From assembly GCA_036785375.1 (NCBI GenBank), contig JAWMAR010000006.1:3472001-3536000 (forward strand): a stretch of DNA of 64,000 nucleotides. Direction: 5' to 3'. The stretch is from Leucoraja ocellata. Taxonomy: Eukaryota. The translations under genes were made by a program, and so were the position numbers. The notes below the pieces were generated by a model that did not search any database, was not told the DNA's origin, and saw only the letters and a list, made by a program, of their open reading frames with translations. Positions 1 to 13,414 of the stretch are shown here, piece after piece (within the stretch, counting starts at the first letter, position 1; every line of letters begins with the position of its first letter).

Positions 1-999
1 AACAAAAGCAAAGCCCCGAGGCAGCACCTTTGAGAATATTGAGGACGAATTGTAAAAGTACGGCCTGGTAGAGTGGGAGTAGCCATCTTTGGAGAGGCTG
101 TGAGGTTGACAGGCTGCTGTTGAGGTCAAAGTGCACAAGTGAGCGTTGGGCTACAGTGTGGAGGGTGAGCAGCCACAAGGTGAGGAATTTTTTTCTCAGA
201 ATGGATGGGACTGGAATAAAGGGCCTGGAAGCCTGGACATTGGAACGCTCCTCCAGCAGAATGTGGTTGAGAAGGAACATTTTCCATGTCCCTGGTGACT
301 ACCTGTGGGAACTGTGCCCAGCTGCAGCTTCTGCCCGACCACTAAGAGAGTTGGATTGGGGTTGGACTCCCTAAAGTGTAAGCGGGGTGTGGATAATATG
401 GGTAATGGGTGGTGGATACCATGGACAGAAAGAGAGCAGTTATTGACCACTAGGAAGGGCAGACAGGTAGGTGCAGGTGTCCCAGGCTCATTCCTCTATC
501 AGACAGGTATGCTGCGTTGGATACAGTGGGGGCAATGACTTCTCAGTGGACAACAGCAGCAGCAGTCCGGTTTATGGCACCACTGATGCACAGCTGGGGC
601 GGGACAGGTCTTGACAAGCAGTAGTGGAGGTGACACAAGAGACTGCCGATCTTGAGCAAAAAACAAAGCGCTGGAGGAATTCATCGGGTTAGGCAGCAAC
701 AAATGGCCAGACAAAGTTTTGGGTCGAGACCCTTCCGCAGTCATGGCGGGGGATGAGTAAATGAGGGCAACAGAGAAACATTTCTGTGGTTGAGAGCAAG
801 TGTCCAGAATGGTGTGTTGCCTGCCTGCTGCCAAGATCAGGGCCATCTCGGGCTGGGTTCAAAAGGGGGAGCGCGGAATCAGGCCCTTCAGCCCTCGAGT
901 CCCAGCCGACCAGCGATCACCCCGTACACTGGCAATATCTTAAACACCAGGTACAATTTAGATTTGTTTTAACCAAAGCCAATTAACCTACAAACCTGA

Positions 1000-1770
1000 A
1001 GATAGACACAAAAAGCTGGAGTAACTCAGCAGGACAGGTAGCATCTCTGGAGAGAAGGAATTGGTGATGTTTCGGGTCGAGACCCTTCTTCAGACTGGGA
1101 CCATGATCCTACAGATGAGCACCAGGCCTTAATCTCAAAGACCATTACTGATTTCATCACTTCTGGCTCCCTGCCTTCCACAACCTTCAACCTTATCGCT
1201 TCCCAGCCCCGCACAGCCCGTTTTTACCTTCTCCCCAAGATCCTCAAACACAACTGCCCTGGCAGACCCATTGTTTCTGCCTGCAGTATCTGATTGCCTG
1301 GTGGCTAAACACTTTAATTCTCCTTCCCATTCCCACCCAAACCTTCCTGTCCTAGGTCTCCTCCATTGTCAGAGTGAGGCAAAACGTAAATTGGAGGAGC
1401 AGCATCTCATATTTCTGTTGGGCAGCTTACAGCCCAATGAAATCAATATGAATATATGAATTATGAATATTGATTTCTCTAACTTCAAGTAACTCCGGCT
1501 TTTCCTCTCTCTTTACCCCTTCCCCACCCAAGTTGCACCAGCTTCTCGTTTTCACCCAACAAACAGCTAACAATGGCCTGTTTCCTTTATCATCGTTACA
1601 TTTTTGCATATCTTTCATTCATTGTTCTTTATCTCTCTACATCATCATCTACATCTCTCCTTTCCCTTATCCCTAACTCTTCTGAAGAAGGGTCTCAACT
1701 TGAAACGTCACCCATTCCTTCTCTCCAGAGATGCTGCCTGTCCCGCTGAGTTACTCCAGCTTTTTGTGTC
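1000..1770 (+). mobile_element. Degenerate Penelope-like element fragments with terminal hammerhead-like repeats
   Basis: ORF 1271-1459 (VAKHFNSPSHS..LGLLHCQSEAKRKLEEQHLIF) is the GIY-YIG C-terminus shared with the other copies. CTGAAGAAGGGTCTC..GAAAC motifs lie at both ends in opposite orientations. Confidence 0.75.
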
Positions 1771-2436
1771 ACAAGGACAGGTATCTTTCTCTTTGGAAGT
1801 GTGACTGGGACTGTTCCGCTGGAATCAGTGCTTGGACTCTTGTTGGTTATCATATATGTTAACGACATGGATGTGAATGTAAGAAATATGTTTTGTAAGT
1901 TTGCAAAATGACATGTAAATTGGTGGTGGTGTTTTAAATTAGGAAGATTATATGGAGGCATAGATGGAGGACTGAGGAGAGGGGATGAGGAAGCAGACGG
2001 CTGTGTGGGGGTTTGGGAGTGTAGAGTGTGGTGACTAGGCATGTGGTTGATGGAAAGTAGTGCAAGAAACTATCAGTTGACAAAGAGGAACTCCCTCGAG
2101 TAACATAAACCACACCACAAGCTGTAAATAAGGGGTGAAGGAAAGTACCTTTATTCTAAAGTTGCAGTAAGGCAGATATTCAATTTCCTATGCTGTCCCT
2201 GGCCTCTATCCGATGCTAGGTTGCTGAAGAAATGCTCAAAGACTCATTATAATGTAATGCCAAAATGACTCTTGCTGTCCCAGTGAACGTTGTCTTGGTA
2301 GGGTTAGGATTACGTTGGGTTCGGGTGAAAGATATGGCCCGTTAGGTTCAGTAGGTTAATGGCTAGGGTTAAGTGATAGGTGGGGCCAGTGTTGGGGTCA
2401 GGTGTGATGGGCGGGTGGCTACTGCACCCTGGCTAC

Positions 2437-2548
2437 CTTCAGCTCAGGCATGTTGCCAATCAATTCATATGGGATCTTCACATCTGGATTGTCCTTATAA
2501 TCGAGTGGCACTAGCTGAGGAGCCAGGTCTCGATAGCGGTGAAACAAT
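2437..2548 (-). CDS. CIB3: CIB3 coding exon 3 (calcium and integrin-binding family member 3)
   Basis: Minus strand ...ttattgcag|A TTG TTT CAC...CTG AAG|gtagcc. The 112 bp exon encodes (R)LFHRYRDLAPQLVPLDYKDNPDVKIPYELIGNMPELK, closely matching human CIB3 LFYRYQDLAPQLVPLDY..PDVKVPYELIGSMPELK. Downstream exons are outside the window. Confidence 0.93.
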
Positions 2549-4404
2549 CTGCAATAAAAGGGAGAGCAAACTTTATTATTGGAACAAAAGCATTATTTGA
2601 TTCAAGCTGCTCAATTGACCATTACAATGCCTGTAGTTAGTTGTTGGGTCACAATCTATGCACCTCCTCCAACTCTAAAACTCACCATTAAATACACCTT
2701 CAAATGTCATGGAGTGAATGGGCAATACAGCACGGAAATGGGCCCTTGGGCCCACCAAGTCTGTGCCAACCATCAAGTGCCCATCCAGCGCTGTAATATT
2801 AACTGTCTGTAGGAAAATAACAAGTACAGGTGTCACAGGATATCCTTTGTTGAAGGGAGCAACTCTCAACTGAGCAACAGTGTCTGGTACGACAATATAT
2901 CAAAGTCATACTAGGTGGCACACTTACGTAAATACACCTTACACTACTCAATATCATTTTCTCCCTCTGACCTGTTTGTCTGTGGCCTCCTGTTCTGCGA
3001 CAACCTGGTTCAAGATAATCCTCAGGAACAGCACCTCACCTTCTGTTTGACCACAATGCCGCCTTGCAAACTGAATATCAAGTTCCATAACTTCAGGGTA
3101 TGTGCTCCCTGTGTCCCCGTCAGAATTGCAATTTTCAGCTGGAAAATTGCATCCATCTGCAAAATTGTTTCCATTTTTCTTTCTCAATTAACTCTGCTTG
3201 ACTTTGTATATCATATCCTGTGGCTTCACGTTTTCCAACATTTATGTATCTTTGTTTGTAGTCTCATTCACCAAATGCCGCATAAAATTATCAGCATTTA
3301 TGTTCCAACTGTTCATATTAACCCCCACCAAATGAACCACATCGTTATACCCCCATTCTGGTTTTATTGCCAATCGCCTTCATCTCATGTCTCTTTTTTT
3401 CTTATTCATGCACTGATGGAAACAGTTTCTCTCTGTATACTCCATCTCCCCCTCATTCGGAGTCTAGTCACAACCCTGGAATATCAGTACAACATATCTT
3501 TGGGTGTTGACTTTCCTCTTAGACTGATCACAACCACAATGTTGGTTCTATGTTCCTTCGTCATTTTCACTATGCCCTCATACTTGGTCTGTAGATTGTG
3601 GCTCCAATAGGCTCATCAACATCACATTCACCTCCAGCTCATCACCTCATCACCCCCCCCCCCCCCCCCCCCCCACCACCCCTCCTACATATCACTATGT
3701 TGCCCTCTCTGTGTCCACGCTGGGACTTTTCCATTTGTTAAATATTCATTGTGTGGGTAACTGGCTGAGTCCACTTGTGTATCTGAGCTTCACCAATGTA
3801 CCAGGGACCCACTGACTCTAACCTCACCACTCTTCTACTTAGTGAACACTCACTCATAGTGCACCAGCCTGCTGTTGCAAACTCAAAATCAACGCCAACA
3901 ATGGTAAAAAAAAACAAATGTTGGAGGAACTCAGCAGGTCAGGGCAGCATCTGTGGAGTGAACGGACAGGCAACATTTCAGGGTCGGGAAACTTCTTCAG
4001 ACTGACAGCAGTAGGAGGGAGAGGGCTGGAAAAGAGAGGTGGGGGCATAGTATGTGGTTTCCTCATGTTTCTGCAAGCATAGATAATTAAGTAGGTGTGG
4101 AATTTTAAACAGAACATCCTTACTGAAGGCAGTATCTCTCAACAAAACAGTGTATCTGGGACAGCACTGTATCAAGGGTGCATTCATTAATGACACACTT
4201 ACAATTCTAGACACTGTAGTTTTCCACCAGGCAGAGTGCTGCATGGGTTTGTGAGTATTACAGGCTTCCTAAAGTTTGAGGAAATAGACTGCACTCCTCC
4301 AGAACTGCAGTCTGCCTTCAAATCCCAAAGATGACTGTTGGTGCTGCCTGTGTGAAGTTTGCACATTCTCCCTGTGACAGTGGGTTTTCTTCGTGTTCTC
4401 TAGT

Positions 4405-4860
4405 TTCATAGAAACATAGAAAATAGGTGCAGGAGTAGGCCATTCGGCCCTTCGAGCCAGCACCACAATTCAATATGATCATGGCTGATCATCCAAAATC
4501 AGTACCCCATTCTGGCTTTTTCCCCATATCCCTTGATTCCCCGAGCCCTAAAAGCTAAATCTAACTCTCTCTTGAAAACATCCAATGAATTGGCCCCCAC
4601 TGTCTTCTGTGGCAGAGAATTCCACAGATTCACAACACTCTGGGTGAAAAAGGTTTTCCTCATCTCAGTCCTAAATGGCCTACCCCTTATTCTTAAACTG
4701 TGACCCCTAGTTCTGGACTCCCCCACCATTGGGAACATTTTTCTTGCATCTACCCTGTCCAATTCTCTAAGAATGTTATATGTTTCTAGGAGATTTCTCA
4801 TTCTTCTAAATTCCAGTGAATACATGTCCAAACGACCCATTCTTTCATCATATGTTTCCT
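4405..4860 (-). mobile_element. CR1-type LINE 3' fragment
   Basis: ORF 4499-4867 (YSLEFRRMR...RTRGHSLRIRG..FFTQSVVNLWNSLP) is the CR1 ORF2 C-terminus, followed by the 3' UTR with a (TTTCTATG)n tail. Confidence 0.88.
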
Positions 4861-5289
4861 TCCACATCCCAAAAATGTGGGGGTGGTGGGTCCATGAAAA
4901 TTTCCCCTAATGTGCAGGTGAGTGCCTTAATTTGGAGAGAATTGATGAGATTGAGAGAGAATAAATTGAGGAAGACACTGAGTGCTGGAGTAGCTCAGCA
5001 GGTCAGGCAGAATCTCTGGAGAGAAGGAATGGGTGACGTTTCGGTCGAGACCCTTCTTCAGACTAATATAAAAAATCAGAATCAGTCAGAATAAATTGAG
5101 ATTAGTGTAAATGTGTGCTTGCTGCTGGATGTAGACTTGATGGGCTGAAGGGTCCTTTTCTGTGGTAGACACAAAATGCTGGAGTAACTCAGCAGGACAG
5201 GCAGAATCTCTGGAGAGAAGGAATGGGTGACGTTTCGGGTCAAGACCCTTCTTCAGATCCATTTCTGTGCTGTATAAATCTCTGGCTCC

Positions 5290-6316
5290 AGGATCCTTTC
5301 AGATCACATGAAGCTCATCTTCATGACCAATTTCCATTCTGCACTCAAATTCACATGGACCTCCCAACCGTTTCTAGATCACACCGTCTCCATCACAGGA
5401 GACACCCTATTGACCAACATCTACTACAAGCCCACTGACCCCCATAGTTATCTAGACTCTACTTCTTCCCATCCTGCTTCCTGTAAAGACTCTATCCCCT
5501 GCTCTCAATTCCTCCGTCTCCACCGCATCTGCGCCCAGGATGAGGTTTTCCATACCAGGGCATCGGAGATGTCCTCATTCTTCAGGAAAAGGGGGTTCCC
5601 CTCTTCCAATATAGATGAGGCTCTCACTTGGGTCTCCTCGATATCCCGCAGCTCCGATCTTGCTCCCCCACCCCCCATTCATAACAAGAGCAGAATCCCC
5701 CTTGTCCTCACCTTCCACCCCATCAGCCGTTGCATACAGCATATAATCCTCCAACATTTCCGCCACCTCCAACGGGATCCCACTACTGGCCACATCCTCC
5801 CATCTCCACCCCTTTCTGCTTTCTGCAGACACCGTTCCCTCCACAACTCCCTGGTCAACGTCCCTTCCCACCCAAACCATCCCCTCCCAAGATACTTTCC
5901 CCTGCAACCACAGGAGATGCAACACCTGTCCCTTTACCTCCCCCCTCGACTACATCCAAGGACCCTGACAGTCTTTTCAGGTGAGGCAGAGGTTCACTTG
6001 CACCTCCTCCAACCTCATCTACTGTATCCGCTGTTCCAGGTGTCAACTGTACATCGGTGAGACCAAGCGCAGGCTCTGCGATCATTTCGCTAAACACCTC
6101 CTCTCAGTCTGCCCTAACCTTCCTGATCTCCCGGTTGCTCAGCACTTTAACTCCCCCTCCCATTTCCAAATTGACCTTTCTGTCCTGGGCCTCCTCCATT
6201 GTCAGAGTGAAGGGCCTGTTCCACTTAGGCGATTTTTCCGCGGACTGCCGGCAACTGTCAAGTTTGCGGCACTCGCCTGAAAAACCGGGAACTGGAACGG
6301 CGACTGTCAGAGTGGA

Positions 6317-6406
<90 letters not shown>

Positions 6407-7405
6407 CGCAAAGGCGGGGGTCAGGGAAAGCAGGGGAGCGCTGTCTGAAATTCACACGGTGCAAAGCCAAGGTGATACAGACACACACCGCGATGAACAG
6501 GAAGGTTAAAGCGGTTGGCATATTGTACGGTAAGTCCTTTAAAAGGGGGGGAAGAAGGAGGGGGGAGGGAGAAGGGGGGAGAAGAAGGGAGGGGGAGAAG
6601 AAGGGGAGGAAGAAGAAGAGGGGGGAGAAGAGGGGGGAAAAGAAGGGGGAGGGGAAGAAGGGGGGGGGGGGGGAGAAGAGGGGAGACACTTTTAAGAAGC
6701 CAGACAACTTTTAATAAGACAGAGATACACAGCTGTGAAGTTTGGCAGGCATTTAACATTACCGGTCGGTTATCCTTGGTTCTGAAAACTCGTGTTTACG
6801 TTTTTGATCCCCAATGAAAATGCCCGGTCAGCAAAGGTGATTAACTAAAACTATCTACGACTACCCATAACCACATGGCGACCCCACTACAACTGCACCT
6901 ACGGCTACGGGATTATCGATTTTCTCCATGGCGAGTAATTTTTGGTCGCGGACCATACTAAGGCCGCAACTAGTTCCCAAAATGCAGGAACTCCTCGCAA
7001 CCATGAAGGAGACTCACCAGCGAACATGTGGCGACCATGTGGCGATCATGAGGCGAGCACAGAGTCTCCTGCACTCGCCTAAAAAGTTGCCTAAGTGGGA
7101 AAGACCCTTGAGGCCCAGGGCAAATTAGAGGAACTGCACCTCAGATTTTGCTTCGGTAGCTTACACCCCAGCGGTATGAACATTGACTTCTCTAACTTCA
7201 AATAGTTCTTGCTTTCCCTCTCTCTCCATCCCCTCACTCTTCCCAATTCTCCCACCAGTCTTACTGTCTCCGACTACATTCTATCTCTGTCCTACCCACT
7301 CCCCTGACATCAGTCAGAAGAAGGGTCTCAACCCAAAACATCACCCCATTCCTTCTCTCCAGAGATGCTGCCTATCCCGCTGAGTTACTCCAGCATTTTG
7401 TGACT
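5290..7405 (+). mobile_element. Penelope-like retroelement, 5'-truncated, interrupted by a Harbinger-type insertion at 6211-7108
   Basis: RT thumb motifs (FLD...YYKPTD...YLD..SSHP...SIP.SQFLRL.RIC) and GIY-YIG (NLIYCIRCSRCQLYIGETKRRL) in ORFs 5308-6060 and 5981-6280. The element sequence resumes at 7109. Confidence 0.88.
6211..7108. mobile_element. Non-autonomous PIF/Harbinger-type DNA transposon containing (CA)n and purine-rich tracts
   Basis: Imperfect TIRs AGGGCCTGTTCCACTTAGGCGATTTTT / AAAAAGTTGCCTAAGTGGGAAAGACCCT, with a 3-bp TSD TGA (6208-6210 and 7109-7111). Removing it restores the host Penelope sequence cagagtgaggccc. Confidence 0.8.
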
Positions 7406-8016
7406 AGCAAGGATTGCTTCATCTCATGATGTGCACACCATCAACTGCCACTCCTGGCTTTATACAGAATGTTGTAGTCATTGGGAAGCCACATTAATCC
7501 ACAGTGAGGTTAGGACATCTGCTAGGATTACTTTGAAAATGGTTTGTTACACTGAACATACTGTGGCTGCTTAATGAAGAGATTGCAAAGATTAATGAAT
7601 TATTGTCACACAAATAATTATTGCCTTCAAGGGCATTCAACAGACAGATTTAGGGGGAATTCCAGTGAGGGAGGACAATGCATCTATCGTGGTCTCTCCG
7701 CTCCATACACATCTCCAGGTGGATTCTTGATACTTATTGATGGAAATAATATTTTAATATCAGTTCACCAAATTATCAATCAAAAATCAAACTTAATACA
7801 TTAACTTTATTGATAATCATTATTTAACGTGATGGAGTGCCAGAGAAGCTCATCTACCGCCTCCTTCTACACTATTTTGTTGATAAAGTTGGCGTTATAT
7901 TAATTTGATGATCGATTGTTTGTAAAACTGTCAGCATAGGCAGTCTTTGATTGTGCTAATTTGCATATGACGAATAAATACTCTTGAAATGCAGTTGGCG
8001 GGCATGGATTACTCAC

Positions 8017-8051
8017 CTCAGGATCTCCTTCCTTGTGAAAAAGGTGCAGTC
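8017..8051 (-). CDS. CIB3: CIB3 coding exon 2
   Basis: 35 bp exon, tttaaag|GACTGCACC...CTGAG|gtgagt, encoding DCTFFTRKEIL(R). FFTRKEI is CIB3-type rather than CIB2-type (FFNKKDI). Confidence 0.93.
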
Positions 8052-9628
8052 CTTTAAAATACAAATGTAAAAAAGCTGTTAAAATAAATTAACTGAAGGA
8101 TTGCAATGATGTTAATATGATAGATCTCATCCCTGTTAGGATGAAAGCTCTGTTAATGCTCAAATTGGATTCCCTCCAGATTCAGGGACAGATTCTTCCC
8201 GGCTGTTATCAGGCAACTGAACCATTCTATCAACAACTAGAGAGAAGTCCTGAACCACTATCTACCTCATTGGAGACGCTCGGATTATCATTAATCTGAC
8301 TTTATCTTGCACTAAAACGTTGTTCCCATTATCATGTATCTACATTGTGGATGGCTCAATTGTAATCATGTATTGTCATTTTGCTGACTAGTTATCATGC
8401 AACAAAAGCTTTCCACTGTACATGCAACAATAAACTATTCTTCCTCTCAGGAACTGAGCTCATTTACCCAAGGGTGGGAAAACAAAAGTTTCTCATTTCT
8501 CACTCTTCCAACAAAAGGTCAACCGGGGTAGGGCCAGTATTACCAAAGAAAGCTGGTGCATTGCGAGGTAGGTGAGATCTGTGGGAGCTCAAAGTTGGGG
8601 TGTTATGGCTTCTCACCGTGCTTTTAGCTGCATCTACTTGAAGTATCGCACGGTCCCTGCAACAACCTCTTTAAAGTAGATGCCACGAGAGAACAGCTAA
8701 TGAAACCATGGACCCCATCAGTGGGGGTGCCAGCATCTCATCACCCACAACTTCCTCTGACGTTCTCTTGCTAGGATCCTCCCAAAGTTGGGTGGCAATT
8801 AAACTATTATTTTCAGACAATTATTTACCTATTTGGTTTCATTCGTTTTCACACAAGGATATTTAATTTCCAGATATTCCTCCTACCTAGCGCAGGAGAG
8901 ATCGTAACTGATCGCGCAGTATTACGATACAATATGATAGAACTTTATTTATCAGGAAGGAAATTGTTCTGCCAACAGTCATAAAACACAACATGAAACA
9001 TGAAATTAAAGTGACGAGTGGAAAGTCCAGAAATGGGGATGTGCGATGACTGGGTGAGGGGGAGAGGGGGAGAGGGGGAGAGGGGGGGAGGAGAGTCAGT
9101 CTACCCCACAACAGAAGGGGGAGGAGTTGTACAGTTCAATAGCCATAGGGAAAAAGCATCACCTGTGGCGTTCTATTCTGCATTGTGGTGGAACCCGTCT
9201 GTTGCTGAAGGTGTTCCTCAGGTTGACCAGTGTGTCATGGAAGGGGTGAGCTGTATTGTCTAATCATGGACAGAATAATGGGATATTACAGAAGAGATCA
9301 ATACCAAACAGTGGCTGGGGATTGAAACTGGGGGAGATCAAACCTCATGGGCATTACAGGGAGATAAGTAAGAGAATAAGTAAATAAGGAATAAGTAAGA
9401 GACGGTGGCTCGAGTCGTTTTTAAAGGAGTGACAGTAACTTTGTGCGCGTTAGGGGAGAGAGTAAAATTACGAGTTTCTAGAAAGATCAGAAACGGGAGA
9501 ACTTTGCAGAATTTTCAAGCTCTCCTGTGATTTTGAACCAAACACATTTTGCTTCATAGTCGGGTGGTTTAGAACAGATGATGCTTGTCACATTTTCTGA
9601 CAGGAGTGCACCTGGACTGAGCTCCTAC

Positions 9629-9679
9629 CTGATACGCATCAAGCTGCTGCGCTGTGAAGACGGTCTGCTTGTTGCCCAT
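9629..9679 (-). CDS. CIB3: CIB3 coding exon 1
   Basis: aaacATG GGC AAC AAG...TAT CAG|gtagga. 51 bp encoding MGNKQTVFTAQQLDAYQ, with the CIB-family N-myristoylation start MGNKQT. Phases join exons 2 and 3 in frame. Confidence 0.94.
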
Positions 9680-9738
9680 GTTTGCCAGTCAGGGTGAACA
9701 TCAGGCTCTGCCCAACTCTCTCCTCCTCCACTCAATAC

Positions 9739-9745
9739 TTAAATA
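9739..9745 (-). promoter_or_regulatory. Candidate TATA-like box (TATTTAA) ~60 bp upstream of the CIB3 ATG
   Basis: Motif and position only. Confidence 0.3.
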
Positions 9746-11644
9746 TGAGGAGAGCTGATCTGGAGCCAGGCGGGAGGATCACATTGCTCTTTGCATCGGC
9801 CAGTTTATTGCTGAATAATAATGGGATCATTTCACCCATTCTCATGTAAAAGGCTATGAATAAAAAGAATGCGATCTGGTTGACCTCCAACAGGCCCTGC
9901 ACACACTCCTTTTTGTGCCACGGATGTGTTGACTTCCAGCTTATGTTACACACATTCACAGGCATGACAGCTAGACAGTAATATTCCAACAATATTCCAA
10001 TTTATTATTTATGAGCATCTGACATTAGCCATCTGTATACTACAAGCCCAGAGATTAAAACAGTCTGGAGCAGTTACTTTGATACTCTCTGGCCATAATG
10101 AGTTAATTAAGACAAAGATTACTCCAAATTTAGATATTTCATGTACAAATCAGAGGCTGTGAAACACACTGCTCACACTGACATTTGACACTGACATCCC
10201 TGTGCATGGCAGAGGTGTAATTTCCCATTCCCATTGGAGCAAATGTAAGAGAGGAATGGGGAGTATGCATTAGGAAGCATGCTGACACAAACAAACGGCC
10301 ACAGTACCAGTGGAACGTGCGCATAACAATGATGCCTGCTGGCATTTTGTGTTATTCATATGCTGAGTGGAAGTGTTAGGTGGAAAGTTACCAAGCAACT
10401 CCCTTATAGCATTTCCCTTACATAAGAAAAAATGTGTCTGTCCCGTTTAATTTTTATATTAGATCGCATTTTCCTTGTCATCGGCTAGGCTGAGGGAGCA
10501 CAGAGGGTAATATCCAGGGCAGTTCCACAGTCACACGAGGCACATATGCGAGCCAGAGGAGGGGTGAGGCATTGGCAAGCAGTTTCATGGACCAGTGCAG
10601 TTTTTTCATGTGTGAACCTGCAAGTTCAAGATTGTCACTGCGCAACATGGAGGTATTGTTCTGAGGCCTGCCAGCCTGTCACTGCCACACAGTGTCAAGG
10701 ATTAAAACATTTCAAAGTCCAAACATTGCTGAAAGTTCAACACAGGTCAATAGGACTGTCAAGAAAAGTTTCCTTCAATCGCTGGGGAATGGAATAGAAA
10801 AACAGGAAGGTCTTGGTAAAACTTTATGAAACATTGGTGAGGCCACAGGCGGCATACTGTGTGTAGTTAGACACAAAATGTTGGAGCAACTCATTGTGTG
10901 TCTATCTTACTGTCTGACAGTAAGAAATGTTTTCCCATGGCAGAGTTCCCATTCCCATTCCAAATGGAGCAAATGTGACAGAGGAACAGGGAAAATGCAT
11001 TAGGAGGCAGAATGGGTTGAACAGTGGTCAAGTTAGCTGTGGGAGTCAGTTAGCTTGTAGTGGATGTTAATAGCTAGTCTTTCTCTTGATATGGAAAGAG
11101 AAAGGGAAGCAACAAGTCAGACGCTGACCATATGAAGGTGAGAGTGGGATGGAAATAGACAACAGAAGAGACGGCAAAATGCTAGGATTTGGCGCAATAA
11201 TCAAACTGCAGGATTGAGAAACAGTGCTGGAGCCTGATATAGTGTCTCAGCCCAAATATTGTCCATCCCTCTGCTTCCACCGATGCTGTTTGGTCAGCTG
11301 TGTTCCTGCAGCAGTTTGTTTTTTTGCACTAAAGTAATGTAACTGTTGAATTCTGCATGGGTGCAGGTGGCTGCTCCAATTTAGCCAACAATGTACGGGA
11401 ATAGGAGTTGAGGAAGTGAAACAAAGACTGTTCCACATGTCACACAAGACAGACATTAGTTGGGCCCAAGTGTCTGCCCCTAACTGCACCTTTGATATGG
11501 AAGAAGTGGGTGTAGAAGAAAAAAATGTACAATTTGAGAACAAGATCAGCCAGGCCATGAGGCCTTGTTGAGTGTCTGCTCCTCGAAGACGCAAATATCC
11601 CTCAGATTCTCCAGAAGTGGGATGGAGTTGTAAAGGAATTGAAT

Positions 11645-12408
11645 AGGGAGGTTGCACGGCAGTCAAGGTCACGCAACGCCGTCTGGAGTACACGCGGTGA
11701 ATGTCAGGTAAGCACATACTATGGTTGCCAGTATAGTTGGCCATTCTTCTGTCCCAGCATCCAGACTCCACACTCTGGTTCCACACTCGCGGACCTCAGG
11801 CCGTCTGTCCCTGCGGTGGGGGGGGAAGGGTCGGTCGGTTCGGTGTGTCACCTACAGCGCGTGACAGTGCGGCTGCACAGGGGGAGACGGGGCTGTTTTC
11901 CAATTATTTACAGCACAAAAATGGTTCATTTCGGCGGTTTTTAACCTAGATGCAGGAAGATTGTTCCCGATGTTGGGGAAGTCCAGAACAAGGGGTCACA
12001 GTTTAAGGATAAGGGGGAAATCTTTTAGGACCGAGATGAGGAAAACATTTTTCACACAGTGGTGAATCTGTGAAATTCTCTGCCACAGAAGGTAGTTGAG
12101 GCCAGTTCATTGGCTATATTTAAGAGGGAGTTAGATGTGGCCCTTGTGGCTAAAGGGATCAGGGGGTATGGAGAGAAGGCAGGTACAGGATACTGAGTTG
12201 GATGATCAGCCATGATCATATTGAATGGCGGTGCAGGCTCGAAGGGCCGAATGGCCTACTCCTGCACCTATTTTCTATGTTTCTATGTAAGAAAGTACGC
12301 GTTTAATGCATTAACAGTGTATGCCGTAGGCTGTCATATCCTCCACATGGATTGAGCTGCTCCTTGCGTCACGCCCTTTGACCCGATGACCTTACCCGAT
12401 AACCCCCT
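11645..12408. mobile_element. THAP-associated TIR element (ISL2EU-like), interrupted by a CR1 3' fragment at ~11947-12288
   Basis: The left end AT|AGGGAGGTTGCACGGCAGTC matches the reverse complement of the 18574 end. The right end (12289-12408) matches the reverse complement of the 17653 end. 11895-11946 is the reversed THAP ORF start. Confidence 0.7.
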
Positions 12409-13137
12409 TATGTGCATGGTAAACCTGACCTGTTGGGACCAGTGAAAAGATCAAAGTGGTGGAGGGGAGGGGGCACAGAAATAACAGCGAAGGGACAGAA
12501 CCAAGTCCTGATCCCAAAACATTGTCCAGGGTATGGAATGACATTTCTGGTGGAGACCCTTCATCAGAACAGACGGCGGGGAGAAGCGGTCCTGGCCAGA
12601 GACCCTGGTGTTAGCCGCCCCGGCCCGGGCCCGGCCCAGCTTCTTCTCTTCCTCCGCTGACCGCCGGTAGCCTCCATGTTTCCCCATCAGCGGGCAGTGG
12701 CGCGCAAAGATCGTAGAGGGACAAGATAGACCACTCCTTCGAAATTCAATGGGCTGACGTGTAGTACGCAACGGAACGTCACGGCCGCCATTTGTTACAG
12801 CGACACGCGACTTCCGGTATTCCACCCGCTGTGATTCAAAGCAAAGATTATAGAGCTCCGCTATAATCTTTGATCCAAAGCAAAGATCCTCAAGTATCTT
12901 GTAGCGGGAACAGACCCCTCCTTTGTGTAGTTTCCCTTGCATTGTATTGCTTTAACACACACTGCAAAAAATTAAATTTAACGTATATATATTTAATATA
13001 TTTATATGAATGTGTGTCTGTGTGTGAGAGGCAAGTTAGAGATAATAGTTTATTCTCATGTATCAGAAGCTACTTTGATTTAAATAATCGCTATTAATTT
13101 ATTTGTCTTGTAAGATGATATACATAAACCATAAAGG

Positions 13138-13279
13138 NNNNNNNNNNNNNNNNNNNNNNNNNNNNNNNNNNNNNNNNNNNNNNNNNNNNNNNNNNNNNNN
13201 NNNNNNNNNNNNNNNNNNNNNNNNNNNNNNNNNNNNNNNNNNNNNNNNNNNNNNNNNNNNNNNNNNNNNNNNNNNNNNN
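13138..13279. other. Assembly gap (run of N) adjoining an (AT/AC)-rich microsatellite at 13280-13405
   Basis: N characters in the sequence. Confidence 0.99.
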
Positions 13280-13414
13280 ACACACATACATATGGATACA
13301 TTTATATGCATACATACACACATATAAACATATATATACATACATATATACACACATATACATATACATGCATATATATACACATACATATATATTTATA
13401 CATATGATTAACAT

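Noticed and set aside
2915-3610. 231-aa plus-strand ORF
   Set aside because: Non-ATG start, begins in a decayed Penelope tail, no recognisable domain, and lies antisense within a CIB3 intron.
6057-6817. ORFs with HT/CV/PF/GE repeats (also at 15158-15633 and 46618-46981)
   Set aside because: These are translations of microsatellites and low-complexity DNA.
12570-12690. Minus-strand ATG GAG GCT ACC.. (MEATGGQRRKRRSW..) in the left half of the split CpG island, considered as a FAM32A or SHPK start
   Set aside because: No real similarity beyond 3 residues, the wrong orientation for FAM32A, no donor, and it runs into a Penelope-derived repeat.
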